NCBI GenBank assembly: GCA_001643675.2
Contig: LSRY02000006.1
Coordinates: forward strand, 1,240,001 to 1,304,000
From: Monocercomonoides exilis PA203
Lineage: Eukaryota > Protista > Preaxostyla
DNA: 64,000 nucleotides
Reading direction: 5' to 3'
A model generated the notes under the pieces. The model searched no databases, was not told where the DNA came from, and saw nothing but the letters and a program-made list of their open reading frames with translations. Every line of letters starts with the position of its first letter. Positions within the stretch are counted from its first letter, which is position 1. The translations under genes were made by a program, and so were the position numbers. Positions 1 to 11,286 of the stretch are shown in pieces.

Positions 1-459
1 AAATTGTTTTATAAATGTTCAAAATATTCATTCAAACCTGCAAATCCATGATATTTTCCCCTTTAATCCAGGCTAAAATATTCAATATTATGCATTTAAA
101 AATATTATGATAACAAAGCCGTCATGACAATTCACTAAATAATGATTTTCGAACCTCAATTCTATTTAAAACAACTCTGGCATAAATTCGCTCCTCTAAT
201 GAATTAAATAAAAATAAACATTTAAAAATAACAGAGAAATCTTTAGGTATACCAGTTGAATAAAATAGACCAGGAACAGGATCACCAAGTTCTCCATCTC
301 CAGTACTCCTGAGAAAAATAAAATTTTTTAATGAAATCATCCTGGAATTATCCATAATGTGCAGAACCTGTGAAGTGTCAGCTCTTCCACTATAATTCCA
401 TTTGGGTCAGTCAATTGGATTTCATTGGACAGACCACTCTTTCCACAACAACAACCCAT
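1..459 (-). CDS. Spliced gene, 5' part only (runs off the left edge); protein starts with the dual-acylation motif MGCCCGKS
   Basis: ATG at 459. Joining exons by hand across GT..AG introns gives an open frame: MGCCCGKSGLSNEIQLTDPNGIIVEELTLHRSTGDGELGDPVPGLFYSTEERIYARVVLNRIEPGLKGKISWIC... Gly2 plus a Cys cluster suggests myristoylation and palmitoylation. Confidence 0.6.
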
Positions 460-605
460 GAAAACAATCAATAAAAATAAACTGATCAAAAATAAAATAT
501 CTATGGTCTTAAGATCACTAAACAACAAATTTTGTGAATAAGTGAAAAACTTAATAATCTGACAAAGATGGAATATCAATTGTGAATATTGGAATTATAA
601 TAAAC

Positions 606-612
606 AAAAAAA
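606..612 (-). terminator. Pol III oligo-T terminator of tRNA-Arg
   Basis: T7 run on the minus strand 2 nt after the tRNA 3' end. Confidence 0.7.
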
Positions 613-614
613 TA

Positions 615-688
615 CGACCCTGGTGGGATTCGAACCCACGACCTCGGGATTAGAAATCCCACACGCTATCCAGCTACGCTACAGGGCC
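615..688 (-). tRNA. tRNA-Arg (anticodon TCT), intronless
   Basis: Reverse complement is GGCCCTGTAGCGTAGCTGGATAGCGTGTGGGATTTCTAATCCCGAGGTCGTGGGTTCGAATCCCACCAGGGTCG. It has acceptor stem GGCCCTG/CAGGGTC, anticodon arm TGGGA-TTTCTAA-TCCCG and T-loop GTTCGAATC. Confidence 0.95.
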
Positions 689-1738
689 TCGGCAAGATGA
701 GAATTTTTTGTTTATCATATATTCTTTGATATTATTTTCCAAATTTTGGTAAATTCCTTTTGAATGATTCTTTGTTTACAAAATCATTTGATTCATTTTT
801 CAGAAATGTGGATATTTTTGTATCTTTTGATGAAGTTTTCCACTTCAGCTTACGTTCTTTTGTATAATTTTCTTTCTTCCATTCACCTTTCAAACGAAGC
901 ACATTGATTTTCGTTGCTTTGCTAGTTTATTTGACTTTTTGTGAATCTGTTGTAAATTGTAGCTATTAACTTTTCATTTGAATCGAGTCAACAATTTTGA
1001 AAGATAAATGAAGACTTTAATTATCGTTTCTATTTTGTTTGTTCGTTTGACACTTATGAAGTGAATGCAATTTATTATTAATTGAATTTCATCTTCGCTC
1101 AGTAGAAGAAACAATAAAGGAGGCTTTTTTATAGCGATCAACACATATTTATTTTTTTTGTTGTTTTAAAATTAATAAAACTTGATAATACATATTCTCG
1201 TTTTCAAAATATGTCCTTAATTTAAAGATAAAAATCTAATGATTCTCTTTGTGGTAATAATGGTTATTTTGAAGAGATAAAGAAAATTTCTTAGCATTTA
1301 TTCTATAAAGATCATTATTTCTTTTTTAATTGAAAAATATGATATTAATAAATTTATCTCCGAATTCTTTTAAAAAAATATTTATTTTATCAGATTTGTA
1401 TAAAAGCTGAATAAGCTCAAAATTAAAAAATCACAAAATAATAACGCAAAAACTAAAAATTAATAAATGGACTGTGCAGAAAAAATCCACTAAAAGTGTT
1501 TGGGAATTACTCTGATATAAGTATCTAAAAAGAATTTTGAGAATTAAAATGAAAAGGCTCGAAATCGAACCAAAATATCAAAATTTACAAATTTATAAAT
1601 AATTTATTCTGAAAAATAATCCTGAAAAGATAAAAAAAACTCCTCAAAAACAGTAAACATTTTGGCCTTCTTTCTCCATTTTGGCCAAACTTCACAAAAC
1701 TTCAAAAATAAAAATGTAAAAATGAAAATAAAAATAAT

Positions 1739-1830
<92 letters not shown>

Positions 1831-2040
1831 AAAAAAAAAGAAAGAAAGAAAGAAAAAAAGAAAGAAAAGAAAAGAAAAAGAAAAGAAAAGAAAAGAAAAG
1901 AAAAGAAAAGAAAAGAAAAGAAAAGAAAAGAAAAGAAAAGAAAAGAAAAGAAAAGAAAAGAAAAGAAAAGAAAAGAAAAGAAAAGAAAAGAAAAGAAAAG
2001 AAAAGAAAAGAAAAGAAAAGAAAAGAAAAAAAAAGAAAAG
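1739..2040. repeat. Compound homopurine microsatellite, (GAAA)n followed by (GAAAA)n
   Basis: About 300 bp of pure purine on the + strand, ending 2 nt from the permease stop codon. It produces the spurious K/R-rich and F/L-rich ORFs at 1662 and 1702. Confidence 0.95.
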
Positions 2041-2042
2041 TA

Positions 2043-5000
2043 CTAAATCGCCTTCAAAGACTCCGAGATATTTTTCCGTGTTGAATGGCGTGCAGGGAAA
2101 AATGTGGAGAGGAATGCAGTTGCTATGGCCATTGCAAGGATAACTCCAAGGAGCGGGAGCGGCAAGTACAGCGGGACAGGCACGCCCATCAGTATCACCA
2201 TCTGCGAGGAAAACAAATAGCCCAGTGCAAACCCGCAGACCACCCCAATGAATGAAGATGTTATCACGAGGACAAACGCCTCGGCAATAGACACTCTCAC
2301 AAGCTGGCACGACGTGATGCCTATGGCACGCAAAATGCCGTATGACCGCTCTTGGTCGATGATGTTCGCATGCATCGATGCCATCAGCGAGAAGAAACAG
2401 AAAAACTCCACAATGACTGTAACAAACCCGAAAATAATGTTGATGAATGTAGTTTCCTGCTCAAGCTGCTTTTGAAATCTTTGATAGTTGAAAATTCTGT
2501 AGCTGTAGCTTGGTATATTCTCGTATTCATACTGTTTTTTCACTCCATCATCGCTCCTAACCCGTTCAAGGTCGTTTGAAAGCATCCTTATTCTATTCTT
2601 CGGTGCGTTTTTCTTCAGTGAAATAAAGAGGTCGTTATACCTCGGCTCTCCAAATCCTTCAACATGCGGTGGAGACATCTGCATAACATCAGGAATCGAC
2701 ATGATGGTGTCAGACAGCGTGGAAGAGTTGATGGTCGTGGGGATGTACAAATAAGGAGAATAATTCAAATATCCAATCGCAGAAACGTTGTAGCGATCAG
2801 TCGTAGGCAAATATGTCACTCTGCCTGGATACCCTACATAAGAAAAAGATGATCGCGAGCTATCAAAAGCAGTCTTGAAAGGTTCGTCACTGACTATCAT
2901 CATCTTTGATTTCACTGAAAGAATAAAGTTTTCATTCACTTTAGATTTCATCTTTTCTCTAAAAACAGATGTCAGGAGCGTTTCAGCCGGGCCGTCCTTT
3001 ATGGAATACATCGATCTTACCAGACCTTCACCCCGCCTCACACTTTTCTCAACTTTGAAGTAGTTCTTGTTCATCACCTCGTCAAATGACGGGGACACTC
3101 CAATAAGATCGTAGTAAAAAGAATGCGATCTTCCTCGATTCGAAATCTGCGCTATGTCTTCTCTTCTGGAGATCGTCCGGAGTGATTGAATGGCCCAAGC
3201 TTTGTTCTCGATGATGTCCTCGTATTCAGATAGTATGTCATCAATATACTCAGGATTGATAATAAAATCCACATAGTCACGAAGGAATGAAAATGGCGAT
3301 CCATTTTCTCCCACGTTTGCATATGTTTGTTGGTTAGGCAAAGAAAACGGATCAATAAAAACATCCTTTTCTGTGTGTGGATAAGTCTGTGGAAACGATC
3401 TTTCCGTTGGTAGCACATCCGATAGAGACGATGCAGATGCTGATGGTGACTGTGAAGACGGCATTGAAGTTGATCCGAAGTTATTTTGAAAGCGGGACGA
3501 CTGAAAGCGCAGCGATGGATCGTTCAAAGAGCCATCACGCAGCATCGCAGGAACTGCTTGTTCCAATGAAACAGGTTCTTCGTAACTTTTTTCGATAAAC
3601 TTTTGAGTGGCATATAGATGGATGTCGCAGCCGTGCGGAGTCAGGGACAACGACATGCTCGAATCAATTAGCATGTTCACTGTGATGTTAATGAACATAA
3701 TGAAAGCAAGCGAGGTCGCAAACAGAAGAGTCACTTTTCTATTTCGAAGGCGGTGGGCACCGATGTTCCGCGAAGATAATTTCTTCACCGCCCTTGATTC
3801 CCAAAACAGAAATACGGTTGTTAAGACCGTCTCAAATAAATACTCGAAGTTCACAAGGATGATAACACTGCAAAACAATATAAGAATAAGCATGGAGAAA
3901 AACAGGACAGCGAGCATTGACAAATCCAAAGACATCAATGCATGCGGGAATATCAAATAGATCGCTGCTCCAAGAATGAAAAACAGGAGCCCTGCCATCA
4001 GCATCATCCATGGCGGCTTCTGATACTCTTCGTCTGCCCTTTCTATCTTTATCATCGTCAGCCCATTACCCCTTCCGCCTGCCGTGTTGCCCACGTTTAT
4101 CCGCCGAGAATCCATTGAATCGTGGAGGTTGTGAGAAAGTGCAGAGCGAATTGGAAAGATTGAAGCTAACAGCGATATCCCCAGCGCCAGTGCAGTGGAC
4201 AGCAGAATAGCAGTCGGAGGAATCATCATCGACAGTTGGATCATTGTGTTTTTTTGGATAATCGAAGCAAACACATAGTTCGCCACAAATGCAAGCCCTG
4301 TTCCGAAGAGCCATCCAGGAAGTGTGTAAGTCAATGCCTGGACAATCATCATCCACACGATGTTTATCCGCTTCATTCCGACTGTCCGCATAATGCCCAT
4401 TTGGAACACCCGAGTGTCGACAGAAATCTGAAGGATGGAAGACAGAAGAAGGATTGAAATAGCGCTGAGCGCTGCGATGATAAAGATGGCAACCATGTTC
4501 AGGAACATCCCAATCATCGAAGTGTATGACATGAAGCTGACAATTGGCAACTTAATGTTAAGTTCAGGGAAAAGGAATGTGTACGATAGAATTGATCCCC
4601 ACTCATTAAAGTCCCTGGAAAATGAAAATCAATTCAAAACAAGAAGATGGAAAGGGAAAGAGAAAGAGTAAGAGTAAGAGAAAGAGTAAAATATAAACAT
4701 ATGAAAAAGTTAGCAATCATTTTACGGAAAAAAATCATCCCCAAAATCATTAAATGATAGCATTAGCAGATTGAAGTTGTTATTACAAGGATAAAAATAA
4801 CTAGAATTCAAACCTTATCACATTTTCGTAATTAAAATCCAGATAAGATTCGTATCTTGGCAATCGACGTGAAAAGATGATAGATGTGGCATATTCCTCC
4901 ACATTCATATTTTTCCACGCAGTTTCCGGTAACAATTCAGTGACACTTTTGGGGAAAAATTGCAATGCCTTAAAATAGAATATGAAAAGTTATTGCGCAT

Positions 5001-6429
5001 TAGAAGAATCAAAAATGAGCTAAAATATTACAAAGCAAATCAAAACAGAATTTTAAAAAAAGCTTTTTAAAAAAATAGGACAAAAATTATGCAACTTCCA
5101 AAAATCTTCTGATTATTATGAAAAGTTAAAAATGATAGCAATAATATCATTGACTATCTTCAAAGCATACATGTTCCCAGAATTCTTTTTCCTCGCCAAA
5201 GGCAACGAAATCATAACGATATTTTGGTCTTGCTGACTCTTCAACCTAAGCGAGGAATTTCAAAATGAAATGAGATATGTTCTGAACAAAGAATATTAAA
5301 TGCAAACATGATGCACTTTAAACTCCAAATCAATCTGAGAAGCTTCCCGATATAATTTGTAAGCCATTGCGTATGTCTCTTCAGGGGACATTTTCTGTGA
5401 CTTGCAATATTCTATTCCCAATCCAATGATCATGAATGTTAGCGGAGAAGAGTACAGTCTAAAGCTAATTGAATCTCCATCTTCAACCTGAATCAAGTTG
5501 CACATGTAGTAAGCGCAATAAGATTATTTGCACGATATTTAATATCAATAAGCAAGTTCAACCAATATGAAACGTAAAAAAATATCAAACAATTTTGATT
5601 AATAATATTCAATTATTACAATAATTCAAACCTTAAGCATTTCTGCTGCTCTACGATCAAGAACAACTTTTCCCGGAGGAATCTTATTTACGGTCCAATT
5701 TCTTCCCACTTCGATTTTTTTCTATGAAAAATATGTGCATCAAATAACAATCGATTGGTTAAAATGTTCATAAATATGTTCAATTTTCTGCAAACTTCTT
5801 GTTCTGAATTTATTAATAATAATGACAATGAATATGAGCTTCTGTCATAGCTGTAAAGAATGTTTCAATAAACAGTTTGAATATAATAAGAATTCACAAA
5901 CTCTGCTATCCTTCCTTTCCAAACGCTTCCAAGCATTTCTATCCTTGGAGAACTTAGTGAGTACTACACGAGAATGGAATCAAATTACGAAAAATTATAA
6001 TTTTCAATAAAAAAAACCTCATTACTTGCCAAAGATAAAGTATTGTTTGCTTTCGTATAATTAAGAGATGAGTATCTTTCTTGACTGTCTGGGGACATCT
6101 CTAAATCTATTTGACCATTCGAATTTTCGGCCAGCATTAGAAGAAAAATTGGTAATTTATTAACAACGGCAACAGCTGCTGCTGAAATTAGGCTCACGAT
6201 TAAAACGCTAATTTTAATAGTTTATCATCAAAAGAATGCATGAAAATGCGAAAAACCTCAAAAAACCCCAGAAATAACTGCAACAATGAAATTTAATTTC
6301 CTTCCAACTTAAAGATAAATAAAAGCAGGTATGAGAGCAACATTTCCCGCAACACGTGTGAGAGTTTTGACGTTCGTTAATATCATCTTGCTCGAGAAGC
6401 GCTGTTCTCAAATCTTCATTAAGATCCAT
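2043..6429 (-). CDS. FtsX/MacB-like (type VII ABC) permease with two FtsX domains; multi-exon
   Basis: Two FtsX signatures: GIMRTVGMKRINIVWMMIVQA...GWLFG and GILRAIGITSCQLVRVSIAEA...GVVCG...PARHS. Many TM segments are present. Upstream exons from MDLNEDL (6429) splice in frame through several short GT-AG introns (e.g. ...WGFLS/VLIVSLISAAAVAVV, KKIEVGRNWTVNKIPPG). Not every junction was checked. Confidence 0.88.
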
Positions 6430-6913
6430 TATCTTTTGTGTTAAACTATTTATTATGGTTGTAAGAGAATTGATTCGTCAATTTTTGATTTGCAAACTGG
6501 AATTTATTTTTTCCATATTAATTGACTTCTTTGATTAATTAAATTATTCAGATTTGAATTTTTTTTATCAATTTGTTTGTTGAAAGTCCGTTGAAGATCA
6601 TTTTTTCGTTTAAAAATGTTTACAAAATGAATATATCTGAAAATTCTAAAGAATAATTTATGAAATTAATTGAAATTAGAATTTTTGCATATATCATTGT
6701 CAATAAAGCGAATTTTGTTGATTAAAGCATCTCATTCGGAGAATAAGAGATGTCTCAGTTAATTTTTTCATGATTATCTCCGGAATATTGGTCCATTTTT
6801 AGAATCTCTGAACTGAATGATCACTGTTTTTGGATTTGGAGCTATTGATATAGCTTCCCACAATTTAATTGATAAATGAGTTCAAATTTAATGATAAATA
6901 GAGCAGAAAAATA

Positions 6914-7556
6914 CAGATTGTGCTAAAAATACCGGACATTGCACAAAATACAGGACAAGATCGATTTCACAATAACTGCAAGAGGAATTATTCTGACAAT
7001 TTTCCTCTAAATATTTCTCATCAATACAAACTCAACTGATATATAAAAATTTCGATATGGGTTATTATTTTTGAAAAGTCGCAAGTGTTTAATTTTCAGT
7101 TAAATCAAAAATTACATATCTTGATCAAATTTCGGTTCCCGCTCATGCAACTTCACCAAAGCTGAGGAAATTATTTGACAATGCTATTTTACATATTCCT
7201 GTGAAGTTGCATGAGCGGGAACCGAAATTTGATCAAGATATGAAATTTTTGATTTAACTGAAAATTAAACACTTGCGACTTTTCAAAAATAATTACACAT
7301 ATAGCTTCATTTGTGCTCAGAGAAAATTAATAATTAAAATCTCAGAGAAATTGGATTTTGAGTTTCTCCGAGTTTGTAAAAATAATTTTCTCTAAGTACT
7401 GATGAAGCTATTTTGAAAGTTTTGAATAGCAAATGAGTTTGTATTGACGAGATATATTAAGAGGAAAATAGTCAGAATTATTCCCCTTGCAGTTATTGCG
7501 AAATCGATCCTGTCCGGTATTTTGTGTCATGTCCGGGTTTTTTTTTGCACAATCTG
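6914..7556. mobile_element. Foldback / MITE-like long inverted repeat with a nested hairpin insertion
   Basis: Arms 7064-7156 and 7201-7293 are reverse complements at 92/93 nt around a 44-nt loop. The outer arms (6914-7054 and ~7412-7556) are diverged reverse complements (CAGATTGTGC.../...GCACAATCTG). A self-complementary 105-bp segment at 7304-7408, flanked by TA, interrupts the right arm. Confidence 0.75.
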
Positions 7557-8235
7557 AAAATGAGTGACTCTTTTAAACTGATTGTCAATATTTTTAAAAA
7601 AAAAATATCATTCGCAATATCACATATAAGCATTATGAAGCACCGCACAATTATTTACATGTTGTGATTTGAATAACAGCCAAATATAAAAAGAAAATAT
7701 TACAGTTTGTTTGAAAAAACAACGGTTAATAATTTTTAATTTTCCACTTTTGTGATTTCAAAATAACTTTTTTTCTTGATTTCATTCACATGTTAATCAC
7801 ATCATTATATCATTAAGTTTTCTTTATAACAATGAGATTTTTAAATTGATACCAGTTTTTTTCTAGAAAAATAAATATTTTTTCCTTTTACTCTTTTTTT
7901 TATGGATTATTCACTGATTATTTGAAAAACAAAATGGCATCATTGAATTTCTAAATCCCTTCATTTATGAACTCACTTTATCAAAAAAAAAAAAATTCTC
8001 ATTTAAATAGAAAAAAATTATTTGAAGTTTATCTATTCTTTCATTCCACAAATATATTTTAGAATTTGAAAAAAAAGAAAAAGAAAAGATAAAAAGAAAG
8101 CCAAATGCAGATATGTAAAAAAATAAAAAAATAAAAAAATAACAATAACTTTTCAGAAAGTTAATTTCGAATTGTAACACAATAATTTGAATTTATTTTA
8201 ATAAAATCGTGTAGTGAATCTGAAATTATGCAAGA

Positions 8236-10977
8236 TCAATATGAGCTTGTGAATTCCGTAACATTTTTTGTATTTGCTTCATTTGTATTTTTTGATTTCT
8301 TTCCATTTTTTTTCCTATGAGTGTTAGATTCGACGGTCTTTGGCTTATCAACTATTCTTGTATCTGCAGAATTCTCTGCTGATGAAGAGTCCAGCCCATG
8401 TGAAGTGTTAGTGAAGCTGCTGGAGCTGTTAAGTTCAACTAAGTCCGGAGTGTCGTTGTCGATCAAAGCAGAAGAATGAGTCTCAGAAGAGATGAAAGAA
8501 GAAACAGACGAAAGCAAAGCCACATTCGGATCTGTCGATGAAATAGAAGTGCCTGAAGTGTTTTTTAATTGTTCAGCTTCACGTTGCACTGGCTGTTGCT
8601 GCTGCTGCCGCTGGTTTTGCAAGTTTTGATAATTTGCTGCATTGTCTTGCCTTTCTTTTTCTTGATCAGCAGAGCTATTCTGTGGAGATTTTCTCTCTTC
8701 CACAGAATTAGCGTTGAGGCCTTCTTCATTCGCATTGTTTTCTCCGCTCTCTTCCACAGCATCAATATCCAGCAAATCAGTTGGCTCTTGCTCATCCAAA
8801 CTGGCATCCATCAGCTGGTACGAGTTGCCACTTCCTCTTCCGCCTCTCCCGCAGCAGAGCCCGCAGAACAGATAATCCCTGACGCACCGGCACGAATAGC
8901 ACTCGAGATTGAAGTTGAAGTTCAGGCACCCGTCGCACTGGCAGCACAGATCGTAGCCGCAGTCCATACGCTCCGACTCGAAGCAGCACGGGTCGCAGCA
9001 GCTGCAGAAGCGCAGTGGTGGAAACTTTGTCCGGCCGCACTGCAACGAGCAGCACACGCGCCCTCTCTCTTCTTCTGCATCTCCGTCTTCTCCGCTGTAG
9101 TCGTCGAATTTCTGCATCATCATGCCTCCTTCCTCCAAAGATGAGTTGTCTATGTCCATGTTCATATCTCCTTCACTTTCACTTGAAGAGGATGCTCCTT
9201 TTTGTGAGCCTGTTCTCCTTTTCCCTCTTCTCTTTCCCCCTTTTGTGGAATCAATAAGCGATTCTTCATCGTCCAGAATGTAATTTCTGACGCTTCTCCT
9301 CCTCCTCACTCTTCTTCCCCCTTCTCTTCTGCAGCAGCTGCAGCCCAGCCCAAGAAACACAATTTGCTTCAGATCATCAAATGTCTCGCAAAGTGAATCA
9401 GAAAACGAGTGTGTCGCTTTCAGACGCATGAAAAATGACACTGTGATTACTCCAGCACAAACAAGCAAAGCAAGCCCCACCAAAATCGCAGACAGAATCA
9501 ATAAGAACTTCAAGAACGAGACAAACATAGATGCTTTTTTAGGCTTTTGTTGCGATTCCTTTTTTTGTGCTTCTTTTTCTTCTTTCTCTTCTTTTTCCTC
9601 CTCTTCTTTCTTTTCTTTTTTCACTTCTCCCTCTTCTTCCTCTTCCTCTTTTTCCTCTTTTTCTTTTTCTTTTTCTTCAACCTTCTCTTCCTCTTTCTCT
9701 TCTACTACTTCTTCTTTTCCAACATCTTCGTCATCCTCTTCTTCTTCTTCAGCTTTCTCTTTCTGTCTTTCCTCTTTCTCTTTTTCCTCTTTCTCTTTCT
9801 CCTCTTTCTCTTTCTCCTCTTTCTCTTTTTTCTCTTTCTCCTTTTTCTTGTCCTTTTCCTTGTCTTTTTTCTTTTCTTCTTTATCCTTATCTTTCTCCTT
9901 ATCTTTTTTCTTATCTTTTTCCTTGTCCTCCTCCTCCTTCTCCTTCTTCTTTTCCTTCTTCTTTTCCTTCTTCTCCTTCTTCTTTTCCTTCTTCTCCTCA
10001 TCCTCCTTCTCCTCTTTCTCCTTTTTCTCCACTTTCTCCTTTTTCTCCTTTTTCTCCTCTTCTTCCTCTTTCTCCTCCTCTTTCTCCTCCTCCTCCTCCT
10101 CCTCCTCCTTCTCTTTCTCCTCTTCCTCTTCTTCCTCTTCTTCCTCTTCTTCCTCTTCTTTCTCTTTTTTCTCTTTTTTCTCCTCTTTCTTCTTCTTCTT
10201 CTTCTCTTCTTCCTCTTTCTTCTCCTTCTCTTCTTCCTTTTCTTCCTCTTCTTTCTTTTTTTTATCTCTTTCTTCTTTTTCTTTTTCTTTGTCTTTTCCT
10301 TTATTTTTCTCATCTTTCATCAATTTGTTCTTCATCTCATTTGCTTCTTTTTTAATATCTTCCCCCGTAACATCATTTGTCGATTCATTTGCTTTTTCCT
10401 TCTTTTCTAACTCTTTTTCTGAGTCATGCACTTTTGAAATTTCTGATTGAGAAAGGTTTATCACACTGGCAGTCCTTTCATTCGCAGTAGGGATTGTGTC
10501 TTTGCTAAAACTTTCATCTTGCAAATATTCTTTACATGAAGGCATACAGCTTTCTGAATATGAAGATGAATTTACATCGGCTTTGGCAATATTATTTGGT
10601 GAATAGTCATAATAAGTTTGATGCAAATCTTTTTCCTGAATATTCTCAATTGATTTATGAAAATCTTTTTCATGGTAAGCAATATCTGAGCTTTTCATTT
10701 TCGAATGTTTAGAAATGGAATTAAAGGATTTTCTCTTGGATGCTGATAATTGTATTTTATCATTTGCATTTCCTTCCTCTTCGCATAAGGAAAAAACTTC
10801 AGTCAAACACGTATTTAAAGAAAGCAAATTTATGCGATTTTCTGTTGGCTCAATTATATCTGCCACTTTAGTTTTATGAAAATCTTGTGAAAAATAATAT
10901 TGTTGCTTCTCATCTTTCAATGAAATAAAAGTCTCAGAAAATACTGAATAAGCAAATAACAATAACAACTCCTCCAT
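8236..10977 (-). CDS. Low-complexity single-pass membrane protein: putative signal peptide, K/E-rich tract, TM helix, Cys-rich tail
   Basis: The ORF is 971 codons. The likely start is MEELLLLFAYSVFSET at 10977, since the upstream part of the ORF is AT-rich and UTR-like. It has ~280 aa of almost pure K/E/D, TM FLKFLLILSAILVGLALLVCAGVITVSFF, and a CC-rich segment afterwards. Confidence 0.65.
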   Translation of the reverse strand: MEELLLLFAYSVFSETFISLKDEKQQYYFSQDFHKTKVADIIEPTENRINLLSLNTCLTEVFSLCEEEGNANDKIQLSASKRKSFNSISKHSKMKSSDIAYHEKDFHKSIENIQEKDLHQTYYDYSPNNIAKADVNSSSYSESCMPSCKEYLQDESFSKDTIPTANERTASVINLSQSEISKVHDSEKELEKKEKANESTNDVTGEDIKKEANEMKNKLMKDEKNKGKDKEKEKEERDKKKKEEEEKEEEKEKKEEEEKKKKKKEEKKEKKEKEEEEEEEEEEEEEEKEKEEEEEEEEKEEEKEEEEEKKEKKEKVEKKEKEEKEDEEKKEKKKEKKEKKKEKKKEKEEEDKEKDKKKDKEKDKDKEEKKKDKEKDKKKEKEKKEKEEKEKEEKEKEEKEKEERQKEKAEEEEEDDEDVGKEEVVEEKEEEKVEEKEKEKEEKEEEEEEGEVKKEKKEEEEKEEKEEKEAQKKESQQKPKKASMFVSFLKFLLILSAILVGLALLVCAGVITVSFFMRLKATHSFSDSLCETFDDLKQIVFLGLGCSCCRREGGRRVRRRRSVRNYILDDEESLIDSTKGGKRRGKRRTGSQKGASSSSESEGDMNMDIDNSSLEEGGMMMQKFDDYSGEDGDAEEERGRVCCSLQCGRTKFPPLRFCSCCDPCCFESERMDCGYDLCCQCDGCLNFNFNLECYSCRCVRDYLFCGLCCGRGGRGSGNSYQLMDASLDEQEPTDLLDIDAVEESGENNANEEGLNANSVEERKSPQNSSADQEKERQDNAANYQNLQNQRQQQQQPVQREAEQLKNTSGTSISSTDPNVALLSSVSSFISSETHSSALIDNDTPDLVELNSSSSFTNTSHGLDSSSAENSADTRIVDKPKTVESNTHRKKNGKKSKNTNEANTKNVTEFTSSY

Positions 10978-11286
10978 AAGATATAAAAAATTGAATGTTG
11001 AATGTTTGGTAAAATAGTAATTTGGCTTTACAGAGATAACAATTAAATGAAACAAATAATGGTAATTGAAATATTTTTTGCCTTTTTTTCCAAAACAGTT
11101 CTTTATTTGATAGCTAAAACAAAGTGCAATCATGAAGAAAAAATAGAACAAAAAACGAAATATTAGCTTTTAATTTGGATATTTTTTAAAAATTGTTTTT
11201 AATAAGAATTTTCATTGTTTTGAAAAATGGAATTTGTATTAAAGGAAATGTTTTATGAAATATTAAAAAGAAGAAGAGAAAGAATT

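Noticed and set aside
700-950. Minus-strand stop-interrupted frame (...KISTFLKNESNDL*TKNHSKGIYQNLENNIKEYM) vaguely like a CENP-B/Tigger HTH
   Set aside because: The similarity is too weak to support by eye and needs an HMM search.
1662-2310. K/R-rich and F/L-rich ORFs (1662..2084 +, 1702..2310 -)
   Set aside because: They are translations of the GAAA/GAAAA microsatellite.
9428-10450. Three long + strand S/F/L/P-rich ORFs and an alternate-frame K/R ORF
   Set aside because: They are shadows of the stop-poor homopurine tract that encodes the K/E region.
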